Source: Eledone cirrhosa (Eukaryota). From it: a stretch of 64,000 bases of DNA. Each line of letters starts with the position of its first letter. Position 1 is the first letter of the stretch. The position numbers and the translations under genes are program-made. The notes below the pieces were generated by a model that made no database searches, had not been told where the DNA came from, and saw only the letters and a list, made by a program, of their open reading frames with translations. Where the stretch lies: NCBI GenBank assembly GCA_964016885.1, contig OZ024742.1, positions 334,242,001 through 334,306,000 of the forward strand. The letters are read 5' to 3'. Below are positions 55,071 through 64,000 of this stretch, piece after piece.

Positions 55071-57490
55071 TAAATGGAAAAGAAAATGCTGACAAATAGT
55101 TTAATTAGAATTAAGTAAAAATTAGTAATAAGTATTGGTTAGTATTCAGTTTTGATTTTAAGCTTTTACCGGTGGCGCATTTCTAATGCTTTTCAAAAAT
55201 AATTTTGAGATAGAGTACCCATGATGTTTGCTCTTATCTGATCAGTTTTGGAAATTCTACCTGTTTTAAGTGAAAAAAGTGGCTCCAGAGGTATCAAAAT
55301 AAGTTTCGCGCCAATTCGTGTTGCAAAAATTCTTGTGGTCAAAATAATTTTGATTGGTCGTTAGAGGTCACGTGAATGTTAAAAATTGATTTTGCGCGAA
55401 ATGTAGGTTTGTCGAAGAGTGTCTTTTTTCGCCTGATTGAGAAGTCACTGAAAAATAAGTCTTTTAAGACAAATATGGGTGTGTGTGTGTGTAGTAAAGA
55501 GGTTCAATGTTGTCATAATAGTCAGTAGGGATCTGTGTGTGAATTGCAGTCATGTTAACAGGTCAACAGTTCAGGTGCCTATTAAGACAAATATGTGTGT
55601 GTGTGTGTGTGTGTGTCTAGCAGAGTCATTCGTGGTAGAGGGATCGGTTTGTAGGAATGTGTCTGTACGTGTCTGGGGGATATTTTAACATGTTAAAATA
55701 TATTTTTCAGCTCTTGTCTTATACGGAGAAGTGTGTGTGTGTGTGTATATATATATGTCTCTTTGTCTGTTAGTGTACGCGTGTGTATGTGTGTATATAT
55801 ATATATGAGTGTGTGTGTGTGTGTATGTGTGTTGTGTGTGTGTGGGGGCGGACCTGTATTTTTGTGATACTGGTAAAAATGGTGTACATTATTCGATATT
55901 TTCAGCAAAAACGATTCTCTCAAGAGAACATCAAAAACATTAATAATAAAAGGTGTGAAATGATATGTAGTATTGTCATAACACCAAGGTGTGCGTGAGT
56001 GTCCAGATTGTACGTAGTGCAAGGGGAATCTATTAGGCCCTGCCGTATTGGAATACTTGTGTACAAATATGTATGTGCCCATCAGTGTGCAATGCATGTG
56101 TGCGTATATGTATGTGTGTGTCGGCACGTTTATATCTATAGACATCAAAAGGTATGCAAATTTGTGTATATTTGTGTTGCACCATAGGACATGTGTGTTT
56201 ACGTATGTCAATGTGTTTATATGTGGATAGAGATGTATTTAGGATGTATGCTGATGTAGGTATGTATGTTGACGTGTGTATGTTGTGGGTTCGTCTTAGG
56301 GAGAAGTGTTTAGACGGGGTCCGTATTTGTTAATAAAGTGAGATTCCTTGCTGATGCGCTGGGTGTGGGTGGCATTATCTTTAAATTTGTAGAGGGGAAA
56401 GATTCTGAAGTTGGGATGATTTTGGGCGGCACAGGTATGAATGTGTTCACTCAGTGGTATTTTCCTGTATTCCCGTATTTTAATATGGGATCTATGGACA
56501 GTCATGCGTTGGCAGAGGCTGTGTTTGGTCTGGCCTATGTATTGTTCTCGACAACCTAAGCAAGTTAATACATATATTAGATTTTCTGATGCGCATGTGA
56601 AATTGTGTTTTACTATAAAACGTTGTCCTTCTTTGAAATAGAATTCCGAGCCCTCTATTAGGTTGATGCATATGCCACAGTTGGGTCTATCGCATTTTTT
56701 TACTCTGGATCTCGTTGTTGTGGTTGGCAGTAATTGGCATGTGTTAGGATGTTTTTCATTGACTTAGATTATCTTTTGCTCTTTATGATACCGTGTGTTC
56801 GAAGGATTTGGTTCATTCTATGTTCCTTTTTTAACACAGGGATGTTCTGGATGATGGTGTCAAAGGCCTCATTGTTGAGGGGGTTGTGTGTGGAGATGTA
56901 TGGAAGAACTTTTAGTTTCGGTTGATTTACTTTAGGGTGTCTAAGGTCCTGGGTACTGAGTTTTAGGGCACTTTGGATTCCATTGTCAATTAGTGATGCA
57001 GGGTAGTCCCTGCCTATGAGTGTGTCCTTTAGTTCTTGTCGCCATAATTAACAGGTGTTTTTATTGGAGACTATAGTACAGATTCTCTTGGCTAAGTTGT
57101 AGGGAATATTAATCTTAGCGTGTTTAGAGTGGCAAGAGTTGAAAGGAAGATATTGCTTGGAGTCTGTGGGCTTGTAGTATATGTCTGTTTCTATTTTTTT
57201 GTTATGAATATTAATGAGGATGTCGAGGAAAGGGAGTTGTTGATGGCTGTATTCCATCGTAAAGTTAATATTCGTGTTGAGCCCATTTATAAGGGTGTGA
57301 AATTCTTTAAGTTTCACGATGTTTTCGTGCCAAAGGATGAAGCAGTCATCTAGATATCGCTTCCAGTTCCTTTCTATGTGTAAGTGGAGAGTGTTTCCAA
57401 ATTTGTTTAGTACTTTAGTGTAGAGGGTGATTTACAGGTATCCCATGACTAGGTTGGCATAAGTGGGGGCTGTTTTAGTTCCCATAGCAG
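55047..57490 (-). mobile_element. 5'-truncated Penelope-like element (Neptune-like): RT C-terminal half, GIY-YIG and 3'UTR, ending in (TA)n
   Basis: AMGTKTAPTYANLVMGYL, RYLDDCF, LPFLDI, YYKPTDSKQYL..IPYNLAKRI and a GIY-YIG C-terminus (ORF 56296..56505); disrupted by stops and frameshifts. Confidence 0.88.
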
Positions 57491-59037
57491 CTATACCGGT
57501 CCTTCCGTCCAGTGCCCGACGACGCCATCGGAGGGCATCGGTTTGCCTCTCCACGTTCCGAGTTGCAATCCGACTGATTTGTCCCGGTTCAGCTTCGCTC
57601 ATGTGAACCTTTCGTATTCCTCCAGTAAGGAGCCGATCTCCCCGATTTGCGAGGTGCTCGACACCATTACTGTCACGTCGTCGGCGTAGGCCTACGCCGC
57701 TTTTCGCAGTTACGGTTCCAAATGGATGCCCTGCAATAGCTCCAACTTCCGCAGTAGTGGCTCGAGAGTCAGTGCGTACAGTAGAGAGGAGAGAGGGCAT
57801 CCCTGTCGGATGGATCGCGTGATATAGAACGGCCCCGAGAGGTAGTCGTCCACCTTGACCCATGAGCAGATGTTGCTGCTGTGCATTGCAGCAATCCAGC
57901 CCCTTAACACGGGTCGAAAGCCTGTCGCCTCGATCACCGCATCCAGGTAACGATGGTCACCCCTATCGAAAGCCTTAGACTGATCCAAGTTGATCAGGGC
58001 CCCATCGAAGCCGGGTTTACACCCACACTCTCTATGATGTATCGCATGAGGTGGAGCTTGTCGTGTATGGACCTGGTCGGGATTGCGCATGTCTGCGCTT
58101 CTCCCACCAGGTTTTCTACGACAAGCGCCAACCTCTTTGCCAACGCCTTTGCCAAAATCTGTAACTCTGTGTTGAGCAGAGTTATGGGCCTGCAGTTACC
58201 TATGTCATCCCCTTTGTTCTCGTCCTTTCTGACTAACGTGATTACGCCCTTGGTCACAGAACTGGGAATTCTCCCGTTCTGCTGCCAGTTGCAGTAGACC
58301 GCTTCCAGGAGACCGGAGAAAAAGTCCGACATTGCTACATAAAGTTCGTAGGGTAGACCGTCGAGACCTGGAGATTTACGTTTGCCGCATTGGTTCAGCG
58401 CGGCCCTATCTCAGCGGCCGAAATCGGCCTTTCGCAGAACTTCACCTCGCTGTCCGAACCTCACGGTAGGCCCTCGAGGTATGGACCGAAATCCATAGGC
58501 CCTCCCGGCGCGCCGCCCTGCCCGAACAGTTGAGAAGGGTGCCGCTGAAAGGCCGCGCACATCTGCTTCGGCTCACGTATCACGCGTCCGTCTTGGTCCT
58601 TCAAAGACCGAATCGTGGACTTGTTGCCACTTTACGCCTCCGTCACTCGGGCCCAGCTAACAGCTTTGGCTCCCTCGTTTCCCAGAGCACGTATTTTGCT
58701 TCTGACAACGCAGCCTTCATGCTTTGCGTCGAAGAACTGGTCCAAGGCCGTTTCGTCCCTAGCACGCTGGCTACGTTGCCACACCTAAGTGCCTCTTCTA
58801 CTTCATCTAACAGTTCCTTTTCGGACTTATTTCTATCTAACACTAATTCTTTACTAAAACCTATCGAGTCTAATCTAACTGCGCTCTTGAGAGAGTACCA
58901 TAATCTGTTGTTGACAATGGCCCCCGTCAAGTGCTCCTTAACTAAAGTGCTAATCCGTCTACTGTAAGCTTTGCATATCGGTAACAACAAGTTCAGCTTC
59001 CAGTAGCCGGGTCCCTGTCTATGGGTTTGCCAAGGTT
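57490..59037 (-). mobile_element. Tx1-clade LINE internal fragment (end of APE domain to just past YADD)
   Basis: GPGYWKLN, RPITLLN, DQSKAFDR and RQGCPLS; highly similar to 60480-61491. Confidence 0.9.
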
Positions 59038-61491
59038 GATGATAGACTAATAGATAGATATGTTTATTTATTAGCCACAGGGGCACAAAAGAAGGGGACA
59101 TACAAAGGGAGAAGTTTACATACAATATAAACGTGTAAAATATTATCACAAATGTAATTTAAAAATTAGTCGATTTTCCCCAATAGGGGAAGACATTTCA
59201 TATGGGTAACACATACCCCCGAAAAAAATGTGCAACCATCATCTCCAGGAGTACGAAGAGTTTGTATACCTTTCCTCTCCTCCTCTTTTTCCTCAACCTA
59301 CAGGCTGATATAGAGAGAAGGCCCATTCACTCGGGCCATTCTCGCCACTTTCACCGACCTTTTATAAAACTCGCTGAGGTACAGCACCTCTCTCTCCATC
59401 CTGATTCTTCTTCCAAAGTGGTATTTGAAAAAAAGAATCATTTGTTGGCCGGAGAGAAAGGTGTCTGACCTCAGCTCTTTCAACCTTGTCCACCATACAA
59501 CCTCTTTCGCCATAGCTATCACACAAAGGAAAACCGCCTCTCCTTCGTTTTTGAAGGAGGGTGGCGGTTTGATCATGACAATGGACTAGGTGGTCAACCT
59601 GATTGGTCCCACTCGCGACAATAGACGTTCTACATAGCCCCACAGGTCGATGACGCCCGGGCAGTGTATGAATGCGTGCGCGACGGTTTATTCGTCTCGC
59701 ACGCAGCTCGGACACATCTTTTTTGCAGGGTCCCTGCCCGGGCGCCCATGTCTGTAGAGCTTGTCTCGAACTGGTAGAGCGCCTCAGTAGCACTGCCAGG
59801 CCAGGGACTTTTGGAAGTTGTTCATCGGTCCCGGGCGGAAGGTCCTACCTAACAGACTGGCCAGTTCGTCTTCCTCTTCGCCCAGAGTTTCACCGAGCAC
59901 GTCGTCGCACTTGCTGCGGATCAACCCTCTATAGAATGACGAAGTGGAGTCTCCACTGATCGCCGGGTCCGCCTGCCAGAAAGCTGTGAGCGCCTGAGCA
60001 CATCTGATGTGCCAGTCGCCCATTTTCCTCGGTCTTTGCTTGACCCAGGACTGCAGCTCGGTCAGCGAGAGGAGTCGTAGGAAGGCTCGCCTCACGAACG
60101 GGGCCCACGCCGGTTGTCCAGTGAGGAATACGTAGAGATGCCGCAGCCTGAGCGCCTGTTTGCGCATCGTCAGCCACGGCAGCCCCAGCCCTCCGTTGGA
60201 AGGGCGTTGGCAGCAGATGGATCTTCTCACCATACGAGCCCGCCTATTCGAAAGGAATTGGAAGAGCGCGCGCTCCATTTTGGCGAGCGTTTTGGCTGGA
60301 CAAGGCACGACGGTCAAGCGGTAGTATATGACGGACGCTATAAAAGTGTTCGCCACCTCCGCTCAACCGTTCAAGGATAGTTTGCACTCGGCCCACTTCT
60401 GGATGAATGCAAACACCTTGGCCGACACCTCGTTCCAGTTCTTCTCCACCTGGAGATCCGGAGCAAATCAGATCCCGAGCAGCTTTACTGGTCCTTCCAT
60501 CCAGCGTCCGACGACGCCATCTGAAGGCATCGGTTTGCCTCTCCACGATCCGAAATGCAAACCGATGGACTTGTCCCGGTTCAGCTTCGCTCCTGTGAAA
60601 TTTCCGTATTCCTTCAGTTAAGTGCCGACTTCCTCAATTTGCGAGGCGCTCGACACCAGTACTGCAACGTCGTCGGCGTAGGCCGACGCCGCTTTCCGCA
60701 GTCCCGGTTCCAGAGGGATGCCCTGCAATAGCTCCAACTTCCGCAGTAGTGGCTCGAGAGTCAGTACGCACAGAAGGGAGGAGAGAGGGCATCCCTGTCG
60801 AATGGATCGCGTGATATGGAACGGCTCCGAGAGGTAGCCGTTCACCTTAACCCTTGAGCAGATGTTGCTGTTATGCATTGCAGCAATCCAGCCCATGAAC
60901 ATTGGGTCCGAAGCCTGCCGCCTCGAGCACCGCATCCAGGTGACGATTGTCAACCCTATCGAAAGCCTTAGACTGATCCAAGTTGATCAGGGCTCCAGCG
61001 AAGCCGGCTTTACACCCCACCCTCTCTATGATGTGTCGCATGAGGTGGAGGTTGTAGTGTATCGACCGAGTCGGGATTTCGCATGTCTCCGCTTCTCCCA
61101 CCAGGTTCCCTATGACAAGCGCTAGCCTATTTTCCAACACCTTGGCCAAAATCTGTAACTCTGTGTTTAGCAGAGTTATGGGCCGGAAGTTGCCTATGTC
61201 ATCCCCCTTATTCTTGTCCTTCCTGACTAGTGTGACTACGCCCCCGGTCACAGAACTGGGAATTCTCCCTTTCTGTTGCCAGTTGCAGTAGGCCGCTTCC
61301 AGGAGACCGGGGAATAAGTCCGGCATTGCTACGTAAAATTCGCGAGGGTAGACCGTCGAGACCTGGAGATTTGCGTTTGCCGCATTGGCTCAACGCGCCC
61401 CCTATCTCAGCGGCTGAAATCGGCTTTTCGCAGAACCTTGCCTCGCTGTCCGAGAGTCGCAGTAGGCCATCGAGGTATGGACCGAAATCCA
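59038..61491 (-). mobile_element. Tx1-clade LINE, 5'-truncated, decayed ORF2 (RT to C-terminus) plus 3'UTR
   Basis: KSPGLDGLP, NFRPITLLN, LDQSKAFDRV, RQGCPLS and AYADD motifs, a C-terminal region ending SLYISL, and AATAAA near the 3' end. Confidence 0.9.
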
Positions 61492-62279
61492 TGCTAAGCT
61501 AGAGGGATGGACAGAGAGACTGGCAAGTATATATGTTAGTATGTAGACAGAGGACAACAAGCAAAGAAATAGAGAGTGTGAGAGAAAGATACTGAGTGGA
61601 AGAGAGAAAAAACAGATGGACAGACAGAATTGATACATAGTCAAGATATACAGATAGACAATCAAATACACCGACATACCGTGAGACATGGCTAGACAGG
61701 TAGACGCACACGTAGAGCAGCGGACACGGACACACAGACACACCCATACACACACGCACACGCACATACATATAAATAAGCATAAATAGATAAACATAAC
61801 ATCGATCGATAGAAAGATAGACAAATAGATACAGATAGAAAGACAGGTAGATAGAAAGACAGGCGGTACATAGAAGGATGGACAGAGAGACATTTAACAA
61901 AATGTAACGTATGAATCTAGAATATGTAAAAACAAAAAGACAACTAATTCACTGTGAGGCATCGAATGGCTTTCCGGTACACGCCAATACAGATGAGAGA
62001 AGAGCATGCTTCTGCTCCTACTGTCAGAAATTATTTATTCCCAAATCTTACCTGCTATTTAACTCTGCTGTTCACGCATCAACACTCTGAAAGTTCTTTC
62101 ATCAGCCACTTAGACTGATTGGTTGTTATAATGCTTATAATAGTTAATGTTTTATGTTTAATGTACAAGAATGGATAAAGCCCAAAAGGTAAAAGCAGTA
62201 AGAGAGTAACGGAGAGGGAAATATCATATACATAGACACAAAGACACTTGGATGTACTCGTTCAAATGCACTTCTACAA

Positions 62280-62404
<125 letters not shown>

Positions 62405-63541
62405 CTGTTTATGCGTGTATATGTCTGCTTGTGAGTGTCTGAGTGTGTTTGTGTGTGTTTGTGCCTGTTTGTGTGAGAGTGTGTGCGTGTCTGTTTATGT
62501 GTGTGTGTGTGTGAGTGTGTTTGTGCCTGTGTGTGTTTGTGTGTGTTTGTGTATGTGTGTGTGTATGTTTATGTGAGTGTGTGTGTGTCTTTGTGTGTGT
62601 GTTTTTTATGTTTAACCTTCTTTCCTTATAATGTATTTGCAATGGTGCAACTTAAATTTCAATGTAGATATACTTATGTTAGATAACACCTCAGCAAAAT
62701 TATAGGAACTACTTTCAGAAACACTAGATATATCGTAGATGTACTAATACACGATATTCTGTGAAAGAGAATTATTTAATTAAGTTGCTAAAAAGGCAAT
62801 TAATGCAAAGTAGTCAGAGAATTTGAGTAACGTTTTGATTTACAAGCTGTCATAGAGTTTAGCTGATATTTCTCTTACTACGCAAAGTAATAGGTATGCA
62901 AATCATCTGATAAGCAGCTGTGTAACAAGTAGAGACATTCATATATAATATTTCTGTTTATCAAAGGAATATGAAATATAATCGTCACTGTTACATTACA
63001 TAAGGATTTCTCACAGAGATTCATAGAAAGTCAAATTTGTTAAAAGTTGTTGTAATTAGTGTTCTTGGTACTTTCTAAAGAATAAAAATGATATATACCT
63101 TTGGATCCTTGGTTTTCTTTTATAATTATTGTTTTGTTTCTAGTTGTGTTTGACCCCTTCCCCTCTCTCTCTCTCTCGTTCTCTGCCTATCTATCTATCT
63201 ATCTATCTTACTGTTAATACAATGGAATGTATTGCAATGAGACAATATCCAGTATTGAACGCTCTACAATATACGTAGCAACAAGGAAACAAAAAGAGAG
63301 GAAAATGAGAAAAAAGTAAGAAAAAAGTGAATCAAGCAACACATAAAAGAAAAGGGGAGGGGGCAACAGGCTCTACAGCTAAGTCTGACCGGTGTATCAG
63401 CTACAACCCGCGGAACAAATGGCAAAGGTAACAACCATCATACTGACACACTATATTACCATCGACTAATAACGTGAACCCTGCGTACACCGATATACTT
63501 GTAAACATGAGACAAACAGCCATAGAGGGAGAGAGAGAGAG

Positions 63542-63655
<114 letters not shown>

Positions 63656-64000
63656 TGGTGTGTGTGTGAGTGAGTGAGTGCGTGTCTTGTAGTCTGAACA
63701 TGGCAAGCCTGAATATATTTCAATAAACTGAGACTGTTCTTGAGATTTCAAGAACGAATTTTACTTCAGGAGTTTTCAGGTGATGCAAAACACGAAAGGA
63801 GGAAACACCTATAACTTGGACAGGACTATGCATTTCGGAATAAATACAAGTTTTCGCGGCCCCAGCGGACAGAATAGAGGAGTTTCCTCTGATGATGGAG
63901 AGAGAGAGACGCGCTGGAAGAGCCATTCCAGCTCGTGAGGCTCAGACCTGCGGGTAGCCAAGTCTGTGCCAATGGTGGTGATCAATGAGGTGGCCCTAAG

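Noticed and set aside
57432-57863. 143-aa ORF that looks like a novel fusion protein
   Set aside because: It is out-of-frame Tx1 sequence running into about 20 codons of PLE RT across a rearrangement junction.

Overview
AT-rich, microsatellite-dense animal DNA with no host protein-coding gene that I can support. The SINE types and the (TA)n/(CA)n density suggest a coleoid cephalopod such as octopus; this is an inference. Nearly all interpretable sequence is transposon-derived: a Naiad-type Penelope-like element (PLE; RT plus GIY-YIG) in a nested, permuted arrangement (3455-8204), a Neptune-type PLE (55047-57490), a decayed autonomous Helitron (32196-35710), three Tx1-clade LINE pieces, RTE and CR1-like remnants, many tRNA-derived SINEs and a mariner end. 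The most notable signal is non-coding. About ten minimal type I hammerhead ribozyme (HHR) motifs from several unrelated PLE families occur here, most of them in short fold-back inserts within (TA)n tracts. These inserts share one architecture: both outer ends are element 3' ends at TA microhomology, and a TWGAGYRC motif lies downstream of the HHR. All homology calls come from recognising motifs by eye, and boundaries are approximate.
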